Positions 13,722-26,831 of a DNA stretch of 59,877 nt are shown in pieces. A program made the position numbers and the translations under genes. This DNA comes from Priapulus caudatus (Eukaryota). Each line of letters starts with the position of its first letter. Position 1 is the first letter of the stretch. The notes under the pieces are model-generated. The model ran no database searches. It was not told the DNA's origin and saw only the letters and a list, made by a program, of their open reading frames with translations. Where the stretch lies: NCBI RefSeq assembly GCF_000485595.1, contig NW_014577062.1:334849-394725 (forward strand), read 5' to 3'.

Positions 13722-14839
13722 TGTGTCAGAACGACTACAGCGTATAGCTAGTTTGACCAGCAACGTTGACGATAATAATTAATTTCACAGCGGGGCGTTT
13801 AGCGGTTCATTCACAAAGTAACATCTTGTAGACATCATATAGTCATGCAGAAACCCTATCGAAAGCCTATTAAACGATATTGGAGTGCCAGTTTGTGAAA
13901 ACCCTTAAATACAGGCGCGTAGTAATTTAGGAAAAATCGCCGTGGCTTGTAGCCTTGCGTGTGCTTGAAAGACGAGCATTGTGTGACAGGAGAACAGTGG
14001 AATTAGACGCATGCTCTCCCGCCTCCTGTCCATCCATGTGGGTTCACATCGGGACATAGCCTACGGGATTATATAGTAAAATGTCTTATCGTCACGGTCT
14101 GCCCGCATGTGACGTCATCCCACAACTCACGTGACACCGTAAGTAGTGCGCATAAGTGACGTCACATAGTCCCACTTTGGCACACACGCAACAGCAGCCT
14201 TCCGCCAATGGAAATGCGTCTGGAAATGCGCTTTTCTCATTATTATTTGTGGTAATATTCGGCACGTTAGTGCACGAATCTTTATTATAACCGCAAGGTA
14301 GACGCCGTGTTAACGTCTAGAAAGCATGAGAAGTAAGGTTGGTCTTGTGGAAAAATTGTGCCATCCTGTCAAGTGATGTAGCCATGGTGACCGGTCTTTC
14401 GTGTTTGTGTGTGAAATGGGATCCGATGATTTGCTGGAAATATGCATCATGTAGGTGGCAAAAGTTATGAGTGGAGTCTGGATCTTGAAACTGTGGTCAT
14501 TTAAGCATGGAGGAAGCGTTGCGTATGTTGTGTATGCGCAGTAACTCTAATGTTTGTGTCATTCTTATTCAGGCCTGCTGTCTATGGACGCCCTAGAACT
14601 ACTGTTGCAAAACACTTATACCTGCTAGTTAGACATTTTCCTGTGCACGCATTTAGCGCCTTCTGCTGCGCGGGGAATGAATACGAATTGAAACGCTATA
14701 GTTCTATCTTTGTCACACTGTTTCACAAGACGCATCGTGTTGAGGTGGCAAACTCCGCTGTCAACAGAATGTGTTTTATCGTCACGGGGGACACTCTCGC
14801 ACTCCCATTGGAATCATAGCGCCTCACATAAAAATCGTA

Positions 14840-14909
<70 letters not shown>

Positions 14910-15090
14910 GGAGAGAGAGTTCTTTCATTTCTACGCCGGAATGCCCTGAAGTCTTCGTATATTGTGGAGATCCGGAGGAACTCGCGCCTCGTTTACGAGT
15001 GTCGGGTGTGAGTGATCGCAGTGCTCTAGGTGTTAGCTGCATGTTAGTGCGTGTGCNNNNNNNNNNNNNNNNNNNNNNNNNNNNNNNNNN

Positions 15091-15308
15091 CGTGCGTGCG
15101 TGCGTGCGCGCGTGCGTGCGTACGTGAGTGAGTGAGAGAATGCATACGTGCTTGCGTGAGTGCGCGCGCGTGAGGGAGTGCGTGCGTGCGTGCGCGCGTG
15201 CGTGCGTACGTGAGTGAGTGAGAGAATGCATACGTGCTTGCGTGAGTGCGCGCGCGTGAGGGAGTGCGTGCGTGCGTGCGCGCGTGCGTGCGTACGTGAG
15301 TGAGTGAG
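15091..15308. repeat. 86-bp tandem repeat, about 2.5 copies, built from GTGC/GTGA modules
   Basis: TACGTGAGTGAGTGAG recurs at 15121, 15207 and 15293. Confidence 0.85.
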
Positions 15309-15569
15309 TCCTTCGACGCACGTCGGGGAAGCTACGTAGGGCTGCCGTGCCGCTGCGCGGGTCTGCATCAACAGTAGGCGGCATACCCGCAGCAGGCGAC
15401 GGCAGCGCTAGTTGCGCGCCCGCTCGCCGACAGAGAGGCAGCAGTGCGATCACGCATCGACGCGAGATACGTATAGGTGCGCGCGCGCGCGTGCCGCTGC
15501 AAGCCGAGTCGCAGCCATAGCGCCGTAAATGCGAGTGCGCGGGTAATTACCAGCGATCTCTCATCGCAC

Positions 15570-15632
15570 CGCTGCACGGAGAGAGCGACGGCGCACGGCT
15601 GCACGGAGAGAGCGACGGCGCACGGCTGCACG

Positions 15633-15637
<5 letters not shown>
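15570..15637 (+). repeat. 27-bp tandem repeat, first part
   Basis: Unit GCACGGCTGCACGGAGAGAGCGACGGC. Runs directly into (GA)n. Confidence 0.85.
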
Positions 15638-15664
<27 letters not shown>

Positions 15665-16529
15665 GTTCTTTCATTTCTACGCCGGAATGCCCTGAAGTCT
15701 TCGTATATTGTGGAGATCCGGAGGAACTCGCGCCTCGTTTACGAGTGTCGGGTGTGAGTGATCGCAGTGCTCTAGGTGTTAGCTGCATGTTAGTGCGTGT
15801 GCCGCCGCGTTTTTCATCATCACCGCCATGATGATAAATATAATATCGATCGCGTCGGCACTAGTACTCCGATCGATATACCTCGACGTTACCAGCATTA
15901 TCTTGTTCACTATGAACGTAAGATCATATGCTGTTATTGCCGCTGTCAACGATAACTGATCGATGTAGGCATGCGCAGAAGAACAGCGGAGGCACGTTGG
16001 CGCGCTGAAATTTAGATCTCACTCGATCGTTAGCGTACACGGCTGACTCTTTATCTTACAATAATCGATGCAATCCAAAATTATTATTACCTACCGCGTT
16101 TAACTGTAGCCTACTCTGTGCGTGTTTTTCTGCCTCCTTTTCAACGGCGGCTGTGTTTGATCCGTGCTTTAAAGCAAGTTCGCTGCTGATAGGCCCTACG
16201 TCCCAAAACTTCAGCCCTTACTGTCATAACACTTTAGCAATATTTACTGTTATTGGTGTAGTGTAAGACCTTTTGCTTTTGCTTTTGCTTTTTTAGTGTG
16301 ACCCTTTGCTTGCTTACTCACTTGGGGCTGCGCTTGTCCTAGTAACAGCCACGCAACACAAGAAGAATCTGAGTTTTCATTTCTTGCTGTTCACTGCAGC
16401 GCACTAGGTGCGTAATAATAAGGTCTGCTGTCAGGCAGAAGACGGATTGCAGACTGATGTAAACCCCGTAAGCTCAAAGATGCAGCATGTAGGATGAGCG
16501 CACAGCGTTGTGTATGAGCTCACAGCGCC

Positions 16530-17224
16530 GCGCATATAACAAAGCGTCATGTATATATCACAGCGTCGTATATACATAACAGCGTCGCGTATATAACACA
16601 GCGTCATGTATATAGCACAGCGTCGTGTATATAACAACGCGTCGCGTATATATTATCACAGCGTCGTGTATATATCACAGCGTCGAGTATATATCACAGC
16701 GTCGCGTATATAACACAACGTCGCGTATATATCACAGCGTCATGTATATATCACAGCGTCATGTATATATCACAGCGTCGCGTATATATCACAGCGTCGT
16801 GTATATATCACAGCGTCGCGTATATATCACAGCGTCGCGTATATATCACAGCGTCGTGTATATATCACAGCGTCGCACATATATCACAGCGTCGTGTATA
16901 TATCACAGCGTCGTGTATATAGCACAGCGTCGCGTATATATCACAGCGTCGTGTATATAGCACAGCGTCGCGTATATATCACAGCGTCGTGTATATAACA
17001 CAGCGTCATGTATATAGCACAGCGTCATGTATATATCACAGCGTCGTGTATATATCAGAGCGTTGCGTATATAGCACAGCGTCATGTATATAGCACAGCG
17101 TCGTGTATATATCACAGCGTCGCGTATATAGCACAGCGTCGCGTATATATCACAGCGTCGTGTATATAGCACAGCGTCGTGTATATATCACAGCGTCGTG
17201 TATATAACACAGCGTCATGTATAT
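16530..17224. repeat. 19-bp minisatellite, clean rendition, truncated by a gap
   Basis: Exact 19-nt periodicity of CACAGCGTC(G/A)(C/T)GTATATA(T/G/A). Confidence 0.95.
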
Positions 17225-17249
17225 NNNNNNNNNNNNNNNNNNNNNNNNN

Positions 17250-17388
17250 CGCACGGCTGCACGGAGAGAGCGACGGCGCACGGCTGCACGGAGAGAGCGA
17301 CGGCGCACGGCTGCACGGAGAGAGCGACGGCGCACGGCTGCACGGAGAGAGCGACGGCGCACGGTTGCACGGAGAGAGCGACGGCGCA
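17250..17388 (+). repeat. 27-bp tandem repeat, second part (about 5 copies), upstream of the exon
   Basis: Same unit as 15570-15637. Confidence 0.9.
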
Positions 17389-17555
17389 TGCATGCGGCCA
17401 CTTTACCTCGCGCGCGACACACACACAGCATCGACGGTTCCCGGCTGCGTCTGCTCCTCTCGCGCGACCGACGTGATCTCCGCCCGTACGTTCGTTATCA
17501 CCGTCGTCGGGAGCTCGCGTGAGAAGATTCAGTAGGCGGATACACGTTGGCGGCA

Positions 17556-17965
17556 ATGCAGCCTGTACGACAAAGCACGCTGCCGACGTCGAGCGTTGAG
17601 AGCCACCCGCACGACAGCGGCGGCGGCACGGACCGGCTGGCGAGGGCGCAGTCGCTGCCGTCGGCGTGTCTCACGACGGCCGTAATGCGCTCGTCGTCGC
17701 TACCGCTGGCGACCGACGCGTCGCCGGCCGCCAAAGCGAAGACGTTCCACCGCCGACGCGCCTTCCTGCAGAACCGCTGGAACACGCTGCTGGACGAGGA
17801 CACGATGGGTCAGCTGGCCATCGACATCTCCGGATCGCCGCGCTACTCTCGCGCCTCCAGCGCCCCGGAGGAGCCGCCCATAGCGGAAGTCGCCGAACCT
17901 GGCGTCGCCGACGAGCGTGCGCCACCGCCGCCACAGCATTACACTGTGCGACCGCAGCGCCATCG
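17556..17965 (+). CDS. Probable first coding exon of an unidentified host gene (136 codons plus 2 nt, phase-2 intron)
   Basis: GC3-rich non-repetitive ORF from GCAATG: MQPVRQSTLP...RAQSLP...FHRRRAFLQNRWNTLLDEDTMGQLAIDISGSPRYSRASSAP...PQRH. It ends at a consensus donor CG|GTAAGT (17966). No recognisable domain. Confidence 0.7.
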
Positions 17966-18939
17966 GTAAGTCGGCGGCGGGCCGAGTAATTCCTTGTCCG
18001 CGGAGGGGGGGGGGGTAGTATTCCGTGGGCGAAATGAGGTATTATTGGCACATGTCAAAAGCCATCGCGACCTGCGTAACATTCATGAACGCTAATAGAA
18101 ATGCCAGTCATTGATGTACGTACGTATCCGGTGGCGCTCGCGTGGTGATCGTTACGCCGGCGCTGTGTCAGTGAGTACAGCAGCGAATATGACCAACGTA
18201 TAAACACGGTGGCATTGACCTATAGCAGATCAGGTACCAGCTGAAAGAGGACGCGCTTAAAATTATTGTCTTTCAAATAAAACTAATAAATGTAGACTGA
18301 TTAGTTCTCATCTGATAGCGGATATATTGCTCCAGTGCAATTAATTACTTCGAGTTTGTGCTGTTATGTGCTATCAAACTGGTAAATGAACAACAAACTT
18401 GCTCGTGAATGGGATTCATGAAAAAGAAATAGGAAAATGCTTCCCCTAACCAAGTGGGTCTGTTTACGTTGCATAAATTGTTCTACACTGATACATACAG
18501 CTTCCAGTTTTTCCCATTACCTAGAGAAATAAACGCGTATGAAAATGTTGTTGTTGTGTGGTGTGTGTGTGGTGGTGTGTGTGTGTGCGTGTGTGTATGC
18601 GTGTGCGTGTGCGTGTGCGTGTGGCGTGTGCGTGTGCAGTGTGCCGTGTGCGTGTGCGTGTTGCGTGTGCGTGTGCCGGTGTGCGTGTGCGTTGCCGGGT
18701 GCGGTGTGCGTGTCGTGTGGCGTGTGGCGTGTGCGTGTGCGTGTGTTGCGCGTTGCGTGTTACGTGTGGCGCGCCGCGCGCGCGTGGTGCTGTGTGGGGG
18801 ATGTTGTGTGTGTGTGTGCTGTGTGTGTGTGTGTGTGGTGTGTGTGTTGTGTGTAGTGTGGTGTGTATCTATCTATGAATGTATCTATCTTCTATCTCTC
18901 TCTCTCTCTCTCATTCTCTTTCTTTTCCGGTCTTTCCTC

Positions 18940-19737
18940 NNNNNNNNNNNNNNNNNNNNNNNNNNNNNNNNNNNNNNNNNNNNNNNNNNNNNNNNNNNNN
19001 NNNNNNNNNNNNNNNNNNNNNNNNNNNNNNNNNNNNNNNNNNNNNNNNNNNNNNNNNNNNNNNNNNNNNNNNNNNNNNNNNNNNNNNNNNNNNNNNNNNN
19101 NNNNNNNNNNNNNNNNNNNNNNNNNNNNNNNNNNNNNNNNNNNNNNNNNNNNNNNNNNNNNNNNNNNNNNNNNNNNNNNNNNNNNNNNNNNNNNNNNNNN
19201 NNNNNNNNNNNNNNNNNNNNNNNNNNNNNNNNNNNNNNNNNNNNNNNNNNNNNNNNNNNNNNNNNNNNNNNNNNNNNNNNNNNNNNNNNNNNNNNNNNNN
19301 NNNNNNNNNNNNNNNNNNNNNNNNNNNNNNNNNNNNNNNNNNNNNNNNNNNNNNNNNNNNNNNNNNNNNNNNNNNNNNNNNNNNNNNNNNNNNNNNNNNN
19401 NNNNNNNNNNNNNNNNNNNNNNNNNNNNNNNNNNNNNNNNNNNNNNNNNNNNNNNNNNNNNNNNNNNNNNNNNNNNNNNNNNNNNNNNNNNNNNNNNNNN
19501 NNNNNNNNNNNNNNNNNNNNNNNNNNNNNNNNNNNNNNNNNNNNNNNNNNNNNNNNNNNNNNNNNNNNNNNNNNNNNNNNNNNNNNNNNNNNNNNNNNNN
19601 NNNNNNNNNNNNNNNNNNNNNNNNNNNNNNNNNNNNNNNNNNNNNNNNNNNNNNNNNNNNNNNNNNNNNNNNNNNNNNNNNNNNNNNNNNNNNNNNNNNN
19701 NNNNNNNNNNNNNNNNNNNNNNNNNNNNNNNNNNNNN
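18940..19737. other. Assembly gap (798 N); other gaps at 15057-15090, 17225-17249 and 46933-46942
   Basis: N runs. Confidence 1.
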
Positions 19738-19772
19738 ATAATAGATTAAATATGATAGATAGAGATAGATAT

Positions 19773-19830
<58 letters not shown>

Positions 19831-19848
19831 AAGATAGATAGATAGATA
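19738..19848. repeat. (GATA)n microsatellite
   Basis: Tetranucleotide run bordering the gap. Confidence 0.9.
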
Positions 19849-19852
19849 TCAC

Positions 19853-19911
19853 CAGGAGTTAATAATGACAATTTGTCATTTATCATTGTCATTTGTCATT
19901 ATTAACCCCTG
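19853..19911. mobile_element. 59-bp hairpin mini-transposon with a near-perfect 7-bp TSD
   Basis: CAGGAGTTAATAATGACAA...TTGTCATTATTAACCCCTG. Flanks ATATCAC / GTATCAC (6 of 7 match). Confidence 0.75.
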
Positions 19912-20489
19912 GTATCACATACCCGAATATGTAAGCGATTGAAGAAACCTTACCCCGGCAGCACCTGTGTGCCCAATGACGTCATCAGGCCGTCAATGTC
20001 GCCATGTCCCCGCGCGTTGATGTAAATGGCAATTAACCTACTTATTAGTAGTAATCTCAGGGGCCTGTCAGAGTTTCATATACACGAACGTTAATTAGTA
20101 ACTGTCAACTTTTGTTCGTTTTGAATATACGTGTACTTCGATGATTCTCCCGACCGGGGAGGTTACATCACACCCGATTGCTCATTTTCGTAATCGAGTT
20201 GTTGTGTGTTTTCGATCGCCATCGATTATGCTACAATTTTATCGACGACGGTACGCTGTCTGTAGAATCGCGTTAGATATTATACTACGTGTTGTTTAAA
20301 TCTTTTCGTTTGATCCTGCAGACTTATTGAATTTAAGTTACGCAATTTATGAAAGTCGAATGTCCCTATTAAAACGCACAATATTACGGTTTTGGTCGTT
20401 TAAGACGAAACTAGTATGCGCATTGTTTGCGTCATGATTTAAACAATCAGCAACATATTGCGTGACATCAGTGAGCTAAAAGTCGGGGA

Positions 20490-20670
20490 TAGTAAATGCA
20501 GGTTAGAAATTATAGGAAGGTTAGAAAATGCAGTAATTAGTAAATGCAGGTTAGTAATGCAGGGCAGTAATTAGTAATGTAATGTAAGGCAGTAATTAGT
20601 AATGTAAGGCAGTAATTAGTAAATGCAAAATTAGTAAATGCAGGTTAGAAATATGTGCATTAGAAATTAC
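20490..20670. repeat. Degenerate tandem repeat of TTAGTAAATGCAGG-like units
   Basis: About ten imperfect copies of AGTAAATGCA / AGTAATTAGT. Confidence 0.7.
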
Positions 20671-23600
20671 ACGTCTATTGTGAAAATGCACGGGCCAGTT
20701 TACATGGAAGTTATCTTTATCGCATCTGGTACAGTGCCTTAGTTGGCGATAGTCGTGTTATAGCATAACTTTATTGTGAGACATTAAAGTCATGACTAGA
20801 TTTGCTGTTGTATTGCATGGCTAGAGTTTTTAGAATGTCTTTAACGTTGTACGCGAACTCCACGTGCCTATAAATTGTCCGAGATCACTTAAATTAGATT
20901 CAAGCGACAAGGGGCCAATAAAAATCCTCTAGCATAGCGTTCTAACATCTTCAAACTCATAGTTGCGGTCACCCTAGTTGACAGCCGGGAGAGTGACGAC
21001 ACCGTCCTGACATTAATCCTAATCAAGGGTCTTCGTGCTAGCCCTATATTGAGTCGTAATCGTGTTCACGGCATGCGTGCGCACATACGGCAACGCCAGA
21101 GAATACGGATGAGATCATGAGCCGCTACATATCTCGCATTCTTCCGTTTATGAGATCCTAAAGCACTAATACCCATGTGACCGCTGGCACATCAAGCGCG
21201 ACCGTAGCCATAGCAGGTGCAACCGCAGGCACATTATGCGCAGCTGTTTAGCCACGCCGCACACAGCTATATCCGTGACAAGCAAAGCGTAGAAACGTTC
21301 ATCACATCAGATCGACGCAGCTTCAGTACCATTAAATCGTGTTGCTTTGATTCTGCAACAATTTTAAGCAAAAACATCACCAAACCAGCTTAAAACGATG
21401 TAAAGACTCGCGACCTGCCACGCCGATTTCTCTCAAATCTTATCGGACTGCAGTTAACGGAGCTAACGTCAACCAACACTACTCGTTAAACGGATTCCTA
21501 ACGTACTTGGACACTTTAATATATGCGGTAATGAATCCGCTTTTCCATAGAGACTTATAGTTTTGTCCCTGCTGGTATGGGCGCTTCGATCTCAACATAT
21601 ATATATATATATATTATTCTATATATATCTCTATAATATAGTATATAGATATATATAATATATACAAGAGTCTATAATACGAAAATTAGACTCTATAGAG
21701 AATCATTTCTATTATGGGGGATCTTGGTAATATATATATATAGATATATATATAATATATATGAGTAAATAACCTGAAATATAATATACATAGGCCCGTA
21801 ACCATGCATGAGAGTTCGAGGGTTCTAACGACCCCCACTTGGCAGCTTTTGTTGTACCAAGTTGATCTACACCAAAAATGGAGAGAGATAATATATATGA
21901 CCTTCTATTTACTATATTGTTTGGAGCAGTTAGCTGCCATGGGCAACTCGTGCGGCAAAACTCGTAGCAGTGTCTTTCGTCAAGCGACCGTGTGATTTTG
22001 ATGAATCGGGATGATGTGTGTCTTCTGCTAGTATGCACTATGCAGTCTGATGAACTGAGAGGGTTGAAAAGCGTACTTGTATTCAGTATTATCTAACACA
22101 AATCTGGAAGATTAGGCAGAAAATATGGAAGCAGCAACAGTTCAATCGGGCTGCCGCAATTGTATATAGAGGGCTAAAATACTCGTGTTCAAAAAAACAA
22201 TCACAGAAACAATTTAAGCTTTCCTCACGCATCGAGTACGGTCCAAAGAGGTTGAAACGAAATGATTATAGCATTATGTATTACGTTATCACATGACAAA
22301 ATATCAGGCGTACTGTGCGTGACCGTAGAATACAGAATGTCAGACTATCTGATGTGAGAACGTTTAGGCATCGGACGTTTCACTTGCTCAGATTCTATAG
22401 CATATAACGCAGATCTAAGTATTCTGATAATGGTGTCATGAGAGTATCAATGCGCGAGGGAAGCCTCTGTGTTCTTGGGCATGATCCGTGAGCACTATGA
22501 CACAAACATGTAGATCTAAAAAAGGCAAAATCTTTGCCACCCTCCATTCAAGTAAACTGGAACTAAACACCATACAGGTATCATACTGTAGATGCCACTG
22601 TCGATTTTAGTCTATTTTATGTTTGCCGTTATTTTCTATGAGAGTGATACAGACTTCTAGATTTATGTTATGTTATTGTTTATGTGATCATCAATGCACT
22701 GATTAACGTGTTTTGACTTATTCGATTATCTGTGCAAATGCGAGTTATGACTATATTGATACGTCCAGTTTCGATTCCAAAGTAAAATATTCTGGAAGAG
22801 TTTAAAGTGTTTCCATGGTATTATTGCGTTCATGCAGTACACAAACTAAGTTGGCTAGTTCCAAAAGTCCACCTTGTAATAAAAAGACCCATCCTTCCTG
22901 GAATGTTTGCTACGGACAATATATATATATATATTGTTATGTGTGTGTGTGGTGTGTGTGTGTGTGTGTGTGTGTGCGTGGCGTGCGTGCGTGCGGCGTG
23001 CGTGCGTGCGTGCGTTCGTGCGTGCGCTCGTGCGGTGCGTGCGTGCGCGCCGTGTGTGTGTGTGTGCGTGTGCGTGCGTGGCCGCGCGGTGTGTGTGGTG
23101 TGCGTGGTGTGTGGCCACTGCGTGTTGTCGGTGACGGGAGTTATCACATTCGAGACAAGTTCAAGTCACACAGGTATATGGGATCTGAGACAGTCTCGTC
23201 ATCAGGTAAGGCACGTTGTACATCCAGCTTGCCACGTGAATTTGTTGCGCTACCATGGCTAGTGTGTAGATGCTGAATACCTGCCGTAGGCGCATAACAT
23301 GCGTCAGGACCTGTTATATGTAGGTCTATATAATTCTATTAGATATCAAACGGGCGTCTTTTCGCGTCAAAACTAATTTCACAAAGCGCTTAGTAATAGC
23401 CTACCGCGCAACAAACTGAATTATGCAAATCGGCAATTCGCTCTCGCCTGTCCCATCGGATGCTGGATCGCCTTGCCAAAGCGCGCGTGTCTTAATAATT
23501 GAGCATCGCGCGACAGAAGACACGACAGCAAACGAACGCAGTTGTCGCTGACAGTGCATTCTCAGGACGCCGGGCTTCAGCTGCTATCACCGGAGCAGCG

Positions 23601-25524
23601 GCGTTTAATTACGCGGAAGCTCGCCGACACAATGTCTAATAACTGCTGCTATATAGTATGGGCCGGATTGCTCGCGGCCGGCCGCACATGCAGAGACGTG
23701 TCGTGGAACCTGACGCCAGTTACGCGTACAGTCAGTTCGTGACGCATACACACACGCGCGCGCGCACACACATGCACGCACGTACGCACGCACATACTCG
23801 CACGCACACACATACACACACCACCACGCGCGCGCTGGCGCACGCAGCACACACACCTCCACACATTACACACACAGACCAACAGCACACAACAACACAC
23901 CACACACACACACAAAACACACAACACACACACGCACACAGCACACCATACACCACACTCACATACACACATACATACACGTGCGTACGCACATGGCGCG
24001 TACCGATTGGCATCCTATATGGACCACATCGTATAGTCGATTCTCTTGCGTGGAGTAACCGCGGTGCGAAGCCACGGCTGTAGTCGCACGCAGGATGCCA
24101 GGCGCAACCGTTGTTGCTCAACTCAACGGTAAAAGCCGGCGAGCAACGCTTGACGCTCTCGCAGGCGGGAGTCACTTATGAACTAGCTGCCTCGCACACA
24201 CGTACAAAGCGCACGAGCATAGAAATAAACATTACTAGTTAGACCTATATATAGTATATTCTCTAGTATATTAATATTATATATATTATATATAGTATAT
24301 TGCTGTATACCTATATATATCATTACAATGTTTCGCGTGACCGTGATGGCGCCGCTCCTGTGAAAACGAACGGCACATGGCAGTGGAGAGCTGACGGACA
24401 GCTATAGCGGTGATACTAAGACTGTAGCGGATCCAGCTACTTCCCAAACGTCTCGGCGGCCGTGTGGTTCTCTAGTATAGCGTTTATTAGTATACTATAG
24501 TTCTCGAGTATAGTATAGTATATTCTCTAGTATATAGCGGCATGCATAGGCAGGACGTAAACGAGAAGTCATGACGCGTACGAATGCTGTCACCGTTCTC
24601 ACTTACGCTAGATAGCAGCTAGCGTATCTCGTTTTCGAGCCGTGAACGGCGGTAATGGATTTGTCGCCACCATGTTTACGGAGCTTGTCGTAAATTTTCA
24701 TAGCGCCACAATCGAGTTACGGTTGTCTGCATGCTCTCTCGCGCGCGCGCTCTCTCTCCCTGCCTCTCTCTGCCCCCTCTCTTTTTGACTCTCTCTCTCT
24801 CTCTTCTCCTCTCGCTCTCTTCTCTCTCTCCTCTCTCTCTCTCTCTGCTGCTCTCTCGCTCGCTGCTCTCTTCTTCTCTCTGCTCTCTCTCCTCTCTCTC
24901 TCTTTCTCTCTCTCTCTTTCTCTCTCTCTCTCGCTCTTTCTCTATCAGACAACCTAGGCGCGCAACGGAAACCGTTTTGATCATGTAGGGCAAAACCAAT
25001 CTGCCGGGAAACATTTTGTATATGCGAGAAATAGAAAGAAAGAAAGAAAAAAATATCTTGTACTAACTACTACGTAAGGGGCGTAAAGTCTTTTTTTCTA
25101 ATAATTGTAGGTGTAGTAAGCTACAGACACATCAGACAAATGTACGTATAATGATATGAATAGAAAACGTTTTAGAAAACGTGCTTTTATTTTTCCAATC
25201 CCTTTAAAGTTGTATCTCGCTCATACCCTTTCCTGTTACAAAAACTCGCTCTCCGTTGATATAGTTGGAAGAAGACATAAGACGCAACTGAACTAGCACA
25301 TATATCTCATTCATTTTACTGATGGAACGGAATTATGGATGAATTTCTTGAACTCTAAATAATGAACACGTTAAAATGCAGCAGGCCGCGTGTTACGGTA
25401 CGACGGGGACTTTCAATAATAGATATGTTAGAATTTGTTCTCTAAGTTACATTCAAGCTGGAGTTCGATTAGAATTCAACTGCTATTTTCAGGGCAGGCC
25501 TTAGCGTGTCGTAATAGCTTGTGT

Positions 25525-26285
25525 GTCTGCGCATGCGCGCGTGCGTATATGCTTACCATTATGCGTATGTATTCGCGTGAGCGTGTGCTAGTGCATGTGC
25601 GTGCGTGTTTGTGCGTGCATACACTTGTGTGAGCGTGCAAGAGCGTGTGCGGGTGTGCGTGCGCGTGTGCGTAGGTGCATAAGTGCGTGCGTGTGTACAT
25701 ACACTTGTGTGCGCGTGCAAGAGAATGGGCGCGTGTGCGTGAGTGCGTGAGTGCGTGCGTGTGTGTGCGTGTGTGCGTGCGCAAGAGAATGGGCGCGTGT
25801 GCGTGAGTGCGTGAGTGCGTGCGTGTGTGTGCGTGTGTGCGTGCGTGCGTGAGTGCATGAGTGTCTGCGTGTGCGCGTGCGTGTGTGCGTGCCTGTTTGT
25901 GCGTGCATACACGTGTGTGAGCGTACAAGAGCGTGTGCGGGTGTGCGCGCGCGTGTGCGTGAGTGCGTAAATGCGTGCGTGTGTGCATACACTTGTTTGT
26001 GCGTGCATACACTTGTGTGAGCGTGCAAGAGCGTGTGCGGGTGTGCGCGCGCGTGTGCGTGAGTCCGTAAATGCGTACGTGTGTGCATCCACTTGTTTGC
26101 GCGTGCAAGAGAGTGGGCGCGTGTACGTGAGTCGTAAAATGCTACGTTGGTTGTATCCACGTTGTTTGCGCGGCAAAGAGAGGTGGGCGGCGTTACGTGA
26201 GTGTCGTGAGTGCGTGCGTGGCGTGAGTTTCAGTGAGTGGAGCTGCGTGAGTGCGTGCGTGCGTGGCGTGCGTGTGTGCGTGCGC
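25525..26285. repeat. Composite (GT/GC) minisatellite with higher-order units
   Basis: Recurring CATACACTTGTGTGAGCGTGCAAGAG and GCAAGAGAATGGGCGCG modules. Confidence 0.85.
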
Positions 26286-26589
26286 GGCATTATCCGCAGC
26301 CGCTGTCATCGGCTTCTCACCTCACGCTGATGTTAATCTCGCTTAGTTGCTGCAATATGGCGTCATCAGTCCGTGACAAATCGGCACTCGCAAATTTATC
26401 ACGTGAGTGCTTAATTATGAATCGTGGGCTTTGCTTTGAAAAATGGACACGCATGACGGATGTAGGTAGATGCGAAGCTAACGCAGCTGTCGGCCGCCAT
26501 TACTCGCTCGCAATTTACTGCCCGCAAAATTGAACGCGTCATGCGTCCCAGCCGAGGTTTCCGTCTTCCAGGCACACGTAATCAATGCC

Positions 26590-26831
26590 GGGTGTCACTT
26601 TCCTCCGGGCGTAGAGGAGGGTGCGTCGACGTGGCAGGACTAGTCACTTTCGTACACTTCGTCATTTCCACAGTCATACTTCCATGCTAGCCATGGTCTT
26701 ATTCCTTAACCTGAACACTATACCTAACCCTAACCCTAACCTAACCCTACCAACCCTGACGCCTAACCTAATCCTAACATTAGTGCTGCCACGTAGGCGC
26801 ACCTCCTCTACGCCGCGGGGAAACTGACACC
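26590..26831 (-). mobile_element. Telomere-repeat-bearing MITE with ~52-bp TIRs and a 9-bp TSD (Mutator-like)
   Basis: (G)GGTGTCACTTTCC...GTGGCAGGACTAGT is inverted to ATTAGTGCTGCCAC...GGAAACTGACACC. Internal (CCCTAA)n at about 26720-26778. Flanks ATCAATGCC / ATCAATGCG. Confidence 0.8.

Larger units (their letters stand above)
13722..17224 (+). repeat. Copy B of the duplicated block, interrupted by a gap and an unrelated segment at 15057-15635
   Basis: Collinear with 3818 onward. About 14905-15056 is repeated identically at about 15650-15802. Confidence 0.85.

Noticed and set aside
18454..19852. Longest ORFs in the track (292-431 aa)
   Set aside because: They consist of microsatellite plus an N-gap read as X.
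21665..21698. CAAGAGTCTA...TAGACTCT hairpin resembling the 7-bp-TSD mini-elements
   Set aside because: The ends are imperfect and no TSD is visible, so it was not counted as a member.
25476..26330. His/Thr/Ala/Arg-rich ORFs of 190-243 aa (similar ones at 35409-36275 and 59209-59838)
   Set aside because: Stop-free frames of simple repeats.
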